Source: Mobula hypostoma
Taxonomy: Eukaryota
NCBI RefSeq assembly: GCF_963921235.1
Contig: NC_086108.1
Span: forward strand, 80,540,001-80,604,000
Reading direction: 5' to 3'
Length of the DNA: 64,000 nucleotides
Positions 12,013-24,193 of the stretch are shown piece after piece. Numbering within the stretch: the first letter of the stretch is position 1; each line of letters begins with the position of its first letter. The notes under the pieces are model-generated. The model was not told where the DNA came from. It did not search any database and saw nothing but the letters and a program-made list of their open reading frames with translations. Position numbers and translations under genes: made by a program.

Positions 12013-14000
12013 TGGGGAGACATGTCCTGCAATATCATAAAACGTTCAATGATGCTGGACTAACCTCAGGTGTACCAAGTTGAATCGTGCCCAAAAAGCC
12101 CAGTCAGTTTACCCGTGGGGGGTGATTCACCCAGAAATGATCGCCAATATGATCAAACAAGAGTAATTCGGAGTTTATGCTTGATTTATGTATAAAAATA
12201 TTAACAAATACACACAATTGTTCAAAATTCAAAGAACGTTATCAAAGTACATATATGTCACCATATACAACTGAGATTTCTTTTCCTGTGGGCATACTCA
12301 ATAAATTCAAAGAAATACAATAGAACGCAAACTCATTATTTTTGCTCTTTTTGCACAACTTATTTAATTTAATTCATAATTATTGTAATTTATAGTACTG
12401 TACTGCTGCTGAAAACAACAGATTTCATGACAAATGTCAATGAGATTAAGTTTGATTTTGATTCTGTTTCCTTTTTTTAAAAAAAACAGCACCTACATTT
12501 GATCTATTTCAGTTCATGCAAGTATGTCCTTTAGATTTTATGCTTTAGCAAATGTTGAAAGGGTACCCATACCCTGAAAATAAATTAATATTTAATTGTT
12601 TATTGCTAAGTCTGCTGTCTTAGTTGAAGAACATTGCTTATACTTTCTGTTTCCTTATGAATGAAAAAGATTTGAAATGGAAATAACCTTGCTCAAGTGC
12701 TTCAAGAATCTTGCCTGGTAACTCTATGGTATACCAGCACAAAACAGAAGAGCGGTGAAAAGAAATCCGAGTTTAAATCAGTGGTGAGAAAAATAACTGT
12801 ATCATTGAACATAATATTTAAAGTTGCAATATTTCATGATAATGTGGGTCGCACCACAAATCTACCATGCACTAAATAAGTAAGTGTTGATTCCGTGAGT
12901 TTGGGCTTTCATCAAAGATAGACTACGACAATCATCATTGTTTAGAAAATCGGGGGCATTTAGGTACTGGATTCCCATCCATCAGTTTAAATAGACAAAA
13001 ATGTAAAGCAAAGCTGCAGAAGCTGAAGATATAAAATAGAAACAAAAGATGTTGGAAACACTCTGCAAGTCAGGCAGCATTTGTAGAAAGAGGAGCAGAA
13101 TTAACATTTCCTGCTGAAAGCCCTCTGTCACTCCTTATACTTCACAGTAATCAGCTCCAAGGCATCAATTTCAGTAAGTGAACCATGTAGGGTACAGGAT
13201 GAGGTAACTGGATGAAAATCGAGTGTATGACAGTGGTTTTCATACATAGGTCAATTTTTGTGGTCCATGTGTTTTATTTAATTTCTCATTTAAAATGTTT
13301 CTTTTTGTTGTAGTGATTTGACAATGCAGAATGAAAAACGTAATACAATGTTAATTTGTGGAATATTACCGTTGAAAATAGATTTGAAAAAACACTTGAT
13401 TGGATATCTAGAAGTCAGTTGTGTGGGTGCAGCTTGTATAATATATTGAGAGCAGCAAATGTGGCCCATTTCAGCAATTAGTTTGAGGTCCAGTGGAACA
13501 GCAATACATGTGGGAAAGATATTCTGACTTTCTAATCTCTGCCTCAGATAAATTTACATATATCTATCATCCTTCAGCCTCCAGGGAAAACAAACCCAGC
13601 CTATCCAATCCCATAGCTAAAGTTCTCTGATCCAGGCAACGTTCTGATGCATCTCCTCCGCACTCTCTCCAGTGCAACCACAACCTTCCTTTAGCATGGA
13701 AACCAACACTACACACAATACTGTGTGCATTCTAACCAATGGTCACTCCAAGGTATGCGCTTGCCCACACGCACACACATCGTTTGCGACTCGCGCACAA
13801 AGGAATTTAAACTGCGCAGAAAAGGTTGTCACCCTCTACCTCATCTCCATGTTAAGTATATTTTGTAAATGTACACAATCACATTTCCTTTACCATTTTC
13901 TGATGCGGACGGTGTTGATAACGTGGAGTTTGTGATGATTTGCCTGCAGGTTTTGGAAATGGCTTATCTATACTGTTTTTATTGAAGAAATTAATCAGTG

Positions 14001-14578
14001 AGAACTTCCGGTTTGGTCGCCGCCCGCTCAGCCATGGTTTTCGGTCGGGCGCTGGATCCTCGGAGAGATTCGGCGGGCGCCCGGCACTCAGCCGGGGTCT
14101 GTGGTCGAGTAGTCGGCGACTTGGGCTGGATCCCCCACCGGACTTAGTCTGGTGGGGGGGGTGTGAGGACACCCAGCAGGACTGAAAAAAACAAGATCTG
14201 ACAAAGGCCGGATGAGCTCCTTGTGAGACAACGGCCATCTTCCGTGGAAGAGATTAAAGCCTCACCACGTATCTACGAATCGTATGCTATGCACCTAGTT
14301 AGAAGAGATATGATGAACTTGGGCACTGCACTGTGAGTGCCTGGACCTGCCCAAGGCCTCCACCTAAGGAGCCGAGTTCGAAGAAGCGGCCGCGACTGGA
14401 ATCCGACACGGCCTCGGGCTCGAGTTTGGGAGGGGGGCAGCGCCGGGCGGTGCCAAGGCGGCCAGCGAGAACAAACTGGAAGAGAAGCTGTACTTGGTGC
14501 TGTTGCAAGATCGAAGAAGATGGAGGTGCATAGCCGCCAACCCCAGATTCAGGACGGCACCCACTGACTGACTGACTG
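14001..14578 (+). mobile_element. GC-rich chimeric retroposon with RTE-type 3' end and (TGAC)n tail
   Basis: Perfect 8-bp direct repeat aatcagtg at 13993-14000 and 14579-14586. 3' end reads QDRRRWRCIAANP (RTE ORF C-terminus-like) followed by cactgactgactgactg. Confidence 0.72.
14327..14506 (+). pseudogene. ZFTRAF1: Captured, rearranged fragment resembling ZFTRAF1/CYHR1 coding sequence
   Basis: 14327-14361 tgc act gtg (ag) tgc ctg gac ctg ccc aag gcc tcc = [11 protein letters not shown]. 14366-14506 = KEPSSKKRPRLESDTASGSSLGG(frameshift)AAPGGAKAASENKLEEKLY(L)VL. Recalled vertebrate CYHR1: PPKKRLR...[26 protein letters not shown]. Confidence 0.75.
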
Positions 14579-15527
14579 AATCAGTGCGCACGTTATTGTC
14601 ACTGGGCAAAATTTGCACAGCAGATTTTTGGGCACACTGGTCATAACAAATTAGAGGGAGCATTGATTTTAACCAGATTTTTGTAAGCTTGCAACATTAT
14701 ATCCCAACTTTTATATTTCATACCTATGAAGACATGCATGCCATGCACCTCCTTCACCCACTTGTTTGTGTTGCCATTTTCAAGAAATTATGAACTTGAA
14801 CCTCAAATTCTGTTTTCCAAATTCCTTAGCATCTCATTTACTGTCTACGTCCTACCCACATCTGACAGGGTCATAGAGTCATAGACTCATAGACTTCCCA
14901 AATTGTGTCACCTTGCAGTTGTTAGGGTTAAATTCCATCGAGCAACACTCTACCCAATTTTCAATCTGATTTACATTGCTGTAACCATGAACAATCTTCC
15001 TCACTGTCCCATACACCAATTTTCCATGAACATACCAATCATTCCACCTACATTCAAATTCTAACCATTAATGTAAATCACAAAACAAGGCTTCCATCAC
15101 TGATCCCAAAGGCACACCAGTGATTATATATTTTCAATCAGGAAAGCAGACTTCCATACTCTGCCTCCAGTTTGTCATTTTGTCTTGAACACAAATAGTC
15201 AGTTTGTCTTGGATCCTATGTCCCTTAACCTCTGGACTAACCGTGTATCTGGCCTATATTTTCTCCTTTCTCAGGGATAAGTGAAGGCACACTATGAAGA
15301 GCAGTAGAGTTATTATACATGTCACTAATATTTACCCCTCACTCAAAAAGTAATTCTTTGGGCTTTATAATCACAGCCATTGAATGACACTTTAACAAGT
15401 AGTTAGCTTCATAATTTAGGGAATATTACCGTGGTTGAAAGGCGAGCTGCGTTGTTACAATAAGGTGCCCTTATAGAGCAGCCTTATGCTGCAGAATAAT
15501 TACTGAAGCTGCTTCACAGAGATATAA

Positions 15528-17323
15528 TGTGTGAGCCTAAAAAAATAAAGATAGAAAGAAATTTGGGAGCAGACCCAAGTGCAAGACACAGACACTGACG
15601 TACAGAGAACTGGATTGGACTAGGCTTAGGGACGGGACAGGACACAGACTTGGAGCTGGGACAGGAATACAGGCTTGGGCTAGGACTTTGGCTAGGAAAG
15701 TGGGACCAGGACAAGGAACTGGGAACTAGGAGCCTAGACCTGGACTCCGAGCCAGATACTGGACAAGGACCCAGAACCTGAGTCTTGACTCAGGCTCAGA
15801 CCCCGGAACTAGGCGAGGACATGACAAGGCTTGGGTTCTTCGAGGTTTGGGTATGGACTCCGTGCCAGAGACTGGGCAAGGACCCAGAACCTGGGTTTTG
15901 ACTCAGGCTCAGACTCCGGAACTAGGCGAAGACATGACGTGATCTTTGGAGATAGGAACCTTGGACCGAGGACTGGACACTCGAAGCCTTAGTTTAGAGC
16001 ATGGGAACATGGATCTTTGGACTTGAGAGACAGGAACATGGGACACAGAGCCAGAACCCCTCCTTGGGAACAGCACATAGGGCCAGGACTCATACACAGA
16101 ACACAGAGCCGGAACCCCTCCTTGGGAGCAGGACATAGGGCCGGGACTCATACACAGAATGCTGAACACGACAAGATGGTTCTCAAAAAAAGGTAGCAGC
16201 AAACGGCTGGACCTACCTAGTGAAGGCGTGGACACAGAGACGGTTCCCAAAACAAGGTAGCGGCATACGGCCGGACCTACCTAGCGAAGGCGTGGACACA
16301 GAGACAGTTCCCAGCACAAGGTAGCAGCAAATGGCCAGACCTAGCTAGCGAAGGTGTGGACACAGAGACAGTTCAAAACAACGATAGACAGTTCCTTATC
16401 TAGACACAGCATGGCTCCGGTCTTGCTCCGGCAGTAGAACTTGACAGTGAAACAGGCAAGGCTTCAGAAGGAAGGGGAAGGGAAGGGAACAGTCCAGCCT
16501 CAGGGTAACGGCAAAGACAGCCTGGCTTGCCCAATGGAGGCAAGGACAGGAAGGGACAGATCCAACCGCAGGGTAATGGCAAAGACAGCTTGACTTACCT
16601 CACGGAGTCGAGGACAGGATACTGACAAGATGAACCAGCACCCACACTCGAACCCAGGGCCACTTATATTCCCCGCCCCAAGACGAGCATCAGGTGCCTA
16701 TGATTAAAGGCTGATTTATACTTGTGCGTCAACGCGACGCCATAACCTATGCAAGTGGCTTATGTGCATTGTGAGCATTTATACTTGTGCATTGGTGTGT
16801 CTGCATCACTGCACAATTCAGGCATGTTGTGCATGCGCACATACCTGCCTGTGCAAGGCTTCATGGTCATGGTAGTCTTTCTCAGGGTAAACAAGTTTAA
16901 AGCGAGCATCTTTTCTCGTAAAAGTGAAATGCGTCCCCCATAATTTTGGAGGTCTGTAAAGCTTTATGGAAAGCATTGCAGCCAGAGTTCCTTCCCTGCC
17001 CTTCAGTCGCCCAATGGGAAGCTATTGCAGCGTAGGAGGAAATGCGATGCTACCAAGCGGACCAATCACAGTTGTTGCGGTCTGCGTTGCTGCGATGCGC
17101 AGTTACATTTTGGGAGAGGTGCGCGTCAGGCTACGGCATAGGGATCTGTGTAGGCACTGTGTAGGGTTTGTGGCGACGCCGTACCTACGGCGTTGAGTTG
17201 ACACAGAAGTATAAATTAGCCTTTAGCCCAACTGAAACAAGGGACAGCCGGTAGACCCGGAGCCTGGAGTCCACGGACCGGACCGTGAACTGGAACGCGG
17301 ACATCACGGACCGGACCATGACA
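15528..17323 (-). mobile_element. Solo-LTR-like element with internal tandem duplications
   Basis: tg..(15528) to ..catgaca (17323). gatata occurs on both flanks (15521-15526, 17324-17329; one extra base on the left). TATA-like box on the minus strand at ~16663-16670. Same family as 1-948. Confidence 0.72.
16707..17223. mobile_element. MITE, probably PIF/Harbinger-like, nested in the LTR
   Basis: ~35-bp imperfect TIRs aaggctgatttatacttgtgcgtcaacgcgacgcc / ggcgttgagttgacacagaagtataaattagcctt; TA (or TWA) on both flanks. Confidence 0.85.
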
Positions 17324-17339
17324 GATATATCATGAAACC

Positions 17340-18112
17340 TGCCCCTACACCACTCAGGGCCCCAAACGTGCCTTCCAGGTGAGGCGGCACTTCACCTGTG
17401 AGTCCGTTGGGGGCTATCTACTGTAATCAGTGCTCCCATTGTGGCCTCCAGTATATCAGTGAGACCTGACTCATACTGGGAGACCACTTCACTAAGCACT
17501 TATGCTCTGTCTGCCAAAAAAGGCAGGATCTCCCAGTGGCCACCCATTTTAATTCCACTTTCCATTCCCATCCCAACATGTCAGCTCATGGCCTCCTCTA
17601 CTGTCATGATGAGGCCACACTCAGGTTGGAGGAGCAACACCTTGTATTCCGTCTAAGCAGCCTCCAACTTGATGGCATAAACATTGATTTCTCAAACTTC
17701 CAGTAATACCACCTCCTTCTCCTTCACCATTCCCCATTCCCTTTTCCCTTTCTCACCTTATCTCCTTACCTGCCCATCACCTCCCTCTGGTGTTCTTCCC
17801 CCTATTCTTTCTTCCATGGGCCTTCTGTCCTCTCCTATCATACTCCCCCATCTCCAGCCCTGTACCTCTTTCATCAATTGACTTCCCAGCTCTTTACTTC
17901 ACCCCTCCCCCTCTCCTGGCGAACCTGTCACCTTGTGGTTCTTCCTCCCCTCCCTCCACCTTCTTACTCTGACTCCCCATCTTTTTTTCCAGTCCTGATG
18001 AAGGGTCTCAGCCTGAAGGGTTGACCGTACTGTTTCCCATAGCTGCTGCCTGGCCTGCTGAGTTCCTCCAGTATTTTGTGTGTGTTGCTTGGATTTCTGC
18101 AGATTTTCTCTT
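17340..18112 (+). mobile_element. Penelope-like element 3' fragment (GIY-YIG region, pyrimidine tract, terminal repeat)
   Basis: FQVRRHFTCES..IYC..CSHCGL.YISET and RLEEQHLVFRLSSLQ motifs, homologous to 48440-49145; degenerate hammerhead at 17991-18026. Confidence 0.85.
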
Positions 18113-18421
18113 GTTTGTATTTCACTTATTTTATGTCTTTTACATTTGTTTTTCATCTTGAATGTGATTCTGGAACTGTTGGAGCCTGTGATTTGCAGCT
18201 TGGAGATCAATTAGCTGTTTCAGTGCTCTGCAGTCTCTGAGTGGATTCCGGAAGATAGAGGCAGCGTGCGTGAACCTTGAGGCAAGCAGGCTATGGGACA
18301 GGGTGCGAGCTGATGTTCAACTCCATTTTGCCAATTAAACCTTCCAATGTTCATTGATTAAAGTGACGAAGGAGATTGAAGCGTCAAGGCAAATGAGGAA
18401 GGTGAGCGTTGGCTACTTGCC

Positions 18422-18612
18422 TTTTGATTGCTGGGGGATTGCTCTGCAAACAGAGAGGAGAGACTGTTTTGATCGCTGTGGGATCGCTCTGCAAACGGAG
18501 AGGAGAGACTGTTTTGATCGCCGTGGGATCGCTCTGCAAACGGAGAGAGGAGGCTGCCTTTTGATCGCTGTGGGATTGCTCTGCCAATGGAGAGGAGAGG
18601 CTGCCTTTTGAT
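18422..18612 (+). repeat. 45-47 bp minisatellite, 4 units
   Basis: ttttgat starts at 18422, 18467, 18512, 18559, 18606; unit ttttgatcgctgtgggatcgctctgcaaacggagaggagagactg. Confidence 0.9.
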
Positions 18613-18704
18613 CATACTCCCCCATCTCCAGCCCTGTACCTCTTTCTTTTTTCCAGAGATGCTGCCTGGCCTGCTGAGTTCCTCCAGCATTTTGTATGTG
18701 CTGC

Positions 18705-19022
18705 TGGGATGCTTCCTATGGTGGGGGAATCCAGAACTATGGGGCACAGCCTCAAAATTGAGAGCTGACCTTTTAGAACAGAGGTAAGGAGGGATTTTTT
18801 AGCGAGAGATTAGTGAATCTGTGGAATGCTCTGCCACAGACTGGGGTGGAGGCCATGTCGGAAGTCGATCGTTTCCTGATCAGTCAGGGCATCAAAGGAT
18901 ATGGTGAGAAGGCAGGTGTTTGGGGTTGAGTGGGATCCGGGATCAGCCATGATGGAATGGCAGAGCAGACTCAATGGGCTGAATGGCCTAATTCTATTCC
19001 TATGTCTTATGGTCTTACGGTA
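18705..19022 (+). mobile_element. CR1 LINE 3' end
   Basis: ggggaatccagaactatggggcacagcctc..gtgaatctgtggaat..tatgtcttatggtctta tail. Confidence 0.85.
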
Positions 19023-19348
19023 TTATGATGAGACTTTAAGCGGTATCAATCACATCATTACACACTGCATTAATTGTCCTGTAAAATATTAGCCTTTATG
19101 ATGACGCTGTCACTTGAATCATTTAATTCATAACTTTGGTCAGATCTTCTTTGTTCTGGACATATTGAACATATAATTTCAAGCCCAACTGAAATTATGC
19201 CTAGTGACCCATACCAAGCAGCTGGCACATTCAAGTGTGTAGGAAGTGGGGAGATGGGGGAGAGGGGGCAGAAGTCCAAGAACAAGTCAGGGCACCCTTG
19301 TTTTGTGCAGAAGAAAACAGAACCATCAATCAATCTTGGCCCACTCAC

Positions 19349-19430
19349 AATCACCTCCCGAAACCCAGTTTCAAAGGAACTCGGTAGTGAATCTTGGCGG
19401 GTCACTACTCGCCCTCTGGGTTGAAGCAAC
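19349..19430 (-). other. Candidate exon (82 nt) of an unidentified minus-strand transcript
   Basis: Acceptor ttattttcttcctcttttag and donor gtgagt; non-repetitive, CpG-retaining. Frames give (R)LLQPRGRVVTRQDSLPSSFETGFREVI or VASTQRASSDPPRFTTEFL*. Confidence 0.4.
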
Positions 19431-21569
19431 CTAAAAGAGGAAGAAAATAACTCAATATAAAATGGATAAAAAACAAGCATTAAAGGCATAGATATCCTGA
19501 TAGGAATGCAGTGTGCAGATCCTCAATAACCTTCTAGCATCCTTTCACATTTCAAGGACGGGGTCTAGGAGTAGAAAAGCGAAGTTAATGGCAATTCTTA
19601 ATGTCATTTACATTCTAATTGCAGAGCACAGTATCCACAATTGTGTTACAAATAACTCCAAATTCAGTCTTTAGAACAGTGTCACCAAAGGCGGTAAACA
19701 ACAGTTAACCTTCTCAACCCACACACAGCATGCCGGATAAAGAGCACTTGGTGCGGCTGAGAAAGATTTTTCTCTGCATTAAAGGAGCATTACAGCAACA
19801 CAATGTCCAACAGACAATGCAGCAAGCTTATGAACTGTACAAATCCCAAATATGAACATTGATCTGTGCTGACTTAATTCATTGTAGCCAGTGTAACAAC
19901 AGGGAGATGATATCTCTGGGTTACAAACATGTATCCTCATTTTCTGGCTCCCCGGTACACAGTTCTGTAAATATTTAAGCTCCCTGTGATGAATAACCTG
20001 TGAATATTAACATTCATGTCTCCTTCATGCAAGATGAAGCACAGATGGAGTGGAATCTATTGTATAAAGACCACATTCTTCTATGGAGTAAAAAGAGTGA
20101 CAAGATTAAAAGAAGCAACAATCCTACCGGAGGAACGAACTACTGTCCTGAATGGACAGAATTTGGCATCCATTGTGCACATAATTATATCATGAAACCC
20201 TGAAAAATATTTCAAATTGTGAGGCTAGAATATGATTCCTGAGCTGAAATTCTTTGCTGGGGGATAATCCAGCACAGGAACTTGTCACTACTTTCTATTT
20301 TTTTTTAATTTGCTAAGGTAAAATGAAATCCAGTTTTATTTCAAGGTTTGTGGTGCAGGGTATAGTCTGAGACCGGACGGGATGAAGGCCAGTAACAAAG
20401 TGATAGGTCTGACTTTTTAAGATGGCCGTGCTCACAGAGTAATCAGGTGACTCAGACACACTGCACAACCAAAAGACTTTTTATGTCCACGTGGAATAAT
20501 GAGCGTTGCTTTTACCAAGAACAACATGCCGACTGTGCTGCTAATGGGACCAATACAGGGTGGTGATGGGGAGTAAAGGACCATCTTTTTGACTGAAACC
20601 GGTCCTGAGGATTATGAAAGATTCATTTTTTTCCCCAAAAAAGCTGAAGGATAAGAGCATCTGACAGGATTATAATCCTGAAATGTTGGAGGTTTCTAGA
20701 AATGATCCCTTTGAGACAACAAATCAGTTTCAAATTGAAGAAATAAGTTTACTTACTGTGGCATTCAAAATTGTTTCAGCGCACTGCTATTTTGTGATTT
20801 CCAGGGGAGAGTATCTTATGTCTGTGTATAAGCATAATAACGAAGTCCTTCAAAGCCAACAGCTGACAATTCCCAATCTGGGATTTAATTTGGCATGTCG
20901 AACAACACTGCTTATTACCATGGGCGCAAATGATTCACATGAGTGCCCTGCCCAAGACAGTTGACAGAGATCTGCCGAAGTGAGTGAGCTACAGAAGACC
21001 ATCCCCAAGACTACATCTCGTGGTGGAAATACTGACAGTTCAGCATTAAGTCTTGTATTCATTGATTTGATCAATAACATACATAATTGTCAAGTTTCTT
21101 GAAGTCAGGTTGCTGCAGTTGCAAGAAGAAGGGTCATTGTCTTATGGTCCAGCCCAAGCAAAACAATAAGGGAAATGCTGGAAGGAGAAATCACCAGTCC
21201 CAGTCATTGCAGATGCTCGAAGAACAGCATAACATGGAATATTCACTTGAGGTTCAGGTCGCTAGAAGCAGAGTGAGCTCCAAAAGCATTCACAGGCCTT
21301 TGCTTTCCAATCAGTTTTAGCAGCTTCTCCACTAACCACTAGGCCTTCAATTTGAGACACCTATGAAATGTTGTAATCTTGGGTGCAATCTGAATGCTAG
21401 TATAACTGTATGTGACAAATACAAGGTGATTGATAATGATGCCTTTGGAATATGATTCACCTGTTTTTTGTGTTCACAACCTTGACACGTTTGCAAAGGG
21501 ATTTTCCTGGAGTTTATCAGATACCGCCTATCCCGTTGAGTGTTTCCAACATTTTCTGTTTCTATTTAC

Positions 21570-22066
21570 TTTAGAGAGAGGATACTATAGAGAGAGTGCA
21601 GAGGAGATTTACAAGGATGTTGCCTGGATTGGAGAGCGTACCTTATGAGAATAGGTTGACCTTTTGCCCTTAGAGCGACGGAGGGTGAGAGGTGATATGA
21701 TAGAGGTGTATAAGCTGATGAGGGGCATTGATCGTGTGGATAGTCAGAGGCTTTTTTCCCGGGGTTGAAATGGCTAACATGAGGGGGCATGGTTTTAAGG
21801 TGCTTGGAAATAGGTACTGAGGGGATGTCAGAGGTAAATTTTTCACACAGAGAGTGAAGGGTGAGTGGAATGCACTGCCAGTGATGGTGGTAGAGGCAGG
21901 TACAATAAGGTCTTTTAAGAGACTCTTAGATAGGTACACGGAGCTCAGAAAAATAGAGGGCTATGCGCTAGAGACATTCTAGGGAGTCTCTAGAGTAGGT
22001 TACATGGTCGGCAGAACATTGTGGGCTGAAGGGCCTGTGATATGCTACAAATTTCTATGTTCTATT
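21570..22066 (+). mobile_element. CR1 LINE 3' end
   Basis: ERVQRRFTRMLPGL..LERRRVRGDMIEVYKLMRGIDRV; ttctatgttcta tail. Confidence 0.9.
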
Positions 22067-22345
22067 TCATACTTCCAACGTATGACCAAGGTAAGGCACA
22101 ATTTCCACTCAAGTGCAATACAGAAGGGTGTATACGCAGTAGGGCACCTTTGCTGAGGTATCACAGGAATGATTCATTGGAAAGCTAAACCTAGAAAGGT
22201 AATCTGGGTTTAACTTGGTGCGTCAACCAGCTATCAGAAGAGGCCCAAATATCCATTCCTGCTCCCTGTACAAGGAAATATAGAAAAGAAATGGATTCCC
22301 TAGTTGATCCTACTTCTCATCGTCTGGTGATATTGGTATAGTCTG

Positions 22346-24193
22346 AGTCATAGTCATAGTCATACTTTATTGATCCCGAGGGAAATTGGGTTTCATTACA
22401 GTTGCACCAACCAAGAATAGATATAGCAATATAAAACTATAAATAATTAAATAATAATATGTAAACTATGCCAGGAAATAAGTCCAGGACCAGCCTATTG
22501 GCTCAGGGTGTCTGACCCTCCAAGGGAGGAGTTGTAAAGTTTGATGGCCACAGGCAGGAATGACTTCCTATGAGGCTTTGTGTTGCATCTCGGTGGAATG
22601 AGTCCCTGGCTGAATGTACTCCTGTGCCCAACCAGTACATTATGTAGTGGATGGGAGACATTGTCCAAGATGGCATGCAACTTGGACAGCATCCTCTTTT
22701 CAGACACCACCGTCAGAGAGTCCAGTTCCATCCCCACAACATCACTGGCCTTACGAATGAGTTTGTTGATCCTGTTGGTGTCTGCTACCCTCAGCCTGCT
22801 GCCCCAGCACACAACAGCAAACATGATAGCATTGGCCACCAGAGACTCGTAGAACATCCTCAGCATCGTCCAGCAGATGTTAAAGGACCTCACTCCTCAA
22901 GAAATAGAGATGGCTCTAACCCTTCTTGTAGACAGCCTCAGTGTTCTTTGACCAGTCCAGTTTATTGTCAATTCGTATCCCCAGGTATTTGTAATCCTCC
23001 ACCATGTCCACACTGACCCCCTGGATGGAAACAGGAGCCACCGGTGCCTTAGCCCTGCTCAGGTCCACCAGCAGCTCCTTAGTCTTTTTCACACTAAGCT
23101 GCAGATAATTCTGCTCATACCATGTGACAAAGTTTCCTACTGTAGCCCTGTACTCAGGCTCATCTCCCTTGCTGATACATCCAACTATGGCAGAGTCATC
23201 AGAAAACTTCTGAAGATGGCAAGACTCTGTGCAGTAGTTGAAGTCCGAGGTGTAAATGGTGAAGAGAAAGGGAGACAAGACAGCCCCCTGTGGAGCCCCA
23301 GTGCTGCTGTTCACTCTGTCGGACACACAGTGTTGCAAGCACACGTACTGTGGTCTGCAAGTCAGGTAATCAATAATCCATGACACCAGGAAAGCATCCA
23401 CCTGCGTCGCTGTCAGCTCCCCCCCCCCCCACCCCCAGCAGAGCAGGGCGGGTGGTGTTGAACGCACTGGAGAAGTCAAAAAATATGACCCTTACAGTGC
23501 TCACTGGCCTGTCCAGGTGGGCGTAGACACGGTTCAGCAGGTAGACGATGGCATCCTCCACTCCTAGTCAGGGCTGGTAGGCGAACTGGAGGGGATCTAA
23601 GTGTGGCCTGACCATAGGCCGGAGCAGCTCCAGAACAAGTCTCTCCAGGGTCTTCATGATGTGGGAGGTCAATGCCACCGGTCTGTAGTCATTGAGGCCG
23701 CTGGGGCGCGGCGTCTTCGGCACAGGGACGAGGCAGGATGTCTTCCACAGCACAGGAACCCTCTGGAGACTCAGGCTCAGGTTGAAGACATGGCGAAGTA
23801 CTCCACATAGCTGAGGGGCACAGGCTTTGAACACCCTGGTGCAGACACCATCCGGGCCTGCAGCCTTGCTCGGGTTGAGACGTTTCAACTGTCTTCTCAC
23901 CTGTTCAGCTGTGAAGCCCACCGTGGTGGTTCCGTGTGGGGAAGGGGTATAGTCATGAGAGCAGGGTGGGGGACTGTGAGGAGGGGTAGGGGGTGAGACT
24001 GGAATATGTGCTGGTTGGGGACCGACAACAGATGACTCATGTGGGGGATGAGCAGGGGCCACAATGTCAAATCTGTTAAAGAACAGGTTAAGTTCGTTGG
24101 CCCTGTCCACACTGCCTTCAGCTCCTCTGTTGCTAGTTTGCCGGAACCCAGTGATGATCCTCATCCCACTCCAGACCTCTCTCATGTTGTTCT
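22346..24193 (-). mobile_element. Rex1/Babar LINE, 5'-truncated, frameshifted
   Basis: KAAGPDG, NDYRPVALTSHIMKTLERL, DPLQFAYQ, FFDFSSAFNT, GAPQGAVLSPFLF, LQKFSDD; (tagtca)n tail on +. Confidence 0.93.

Larger units (their letters stand above)
13737..14665. mobile_element. Non-autonomous hAT DNA transposon (MITE)
   Basis: Imperfect TIRs caatggtcactccaa / ttagagggagcattg; 8-bp TSD attctaac (13729-13736) / attttaac (14666-14673). Confidence 0.85.
13530..15240 (-). mobile_element. Old CR1 ORF2 fragment interrupted by a hAT MITE
   Basis: CR1-like sequence continues across the insertion (..cacaatactgtgtgcattctaac | cagatttttgtaagcttgcaacatt..). Confidence 0.7.

Noticed and set aside
14001..14570. 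Genuine CpG-island promoter or first exon of a resident ZFTRAF1 gene
   Set aside because: It lies within nested TSD-bounded elements, is frameshifted and permuted, lacks a splice donor, and no downstream exons were recognised.
18422..18612. CRISPR-like or coding repeat (ALQTERRDCFD)
   Set aside because: Plain minisatellite without spacers; ORFs are open on both strands.
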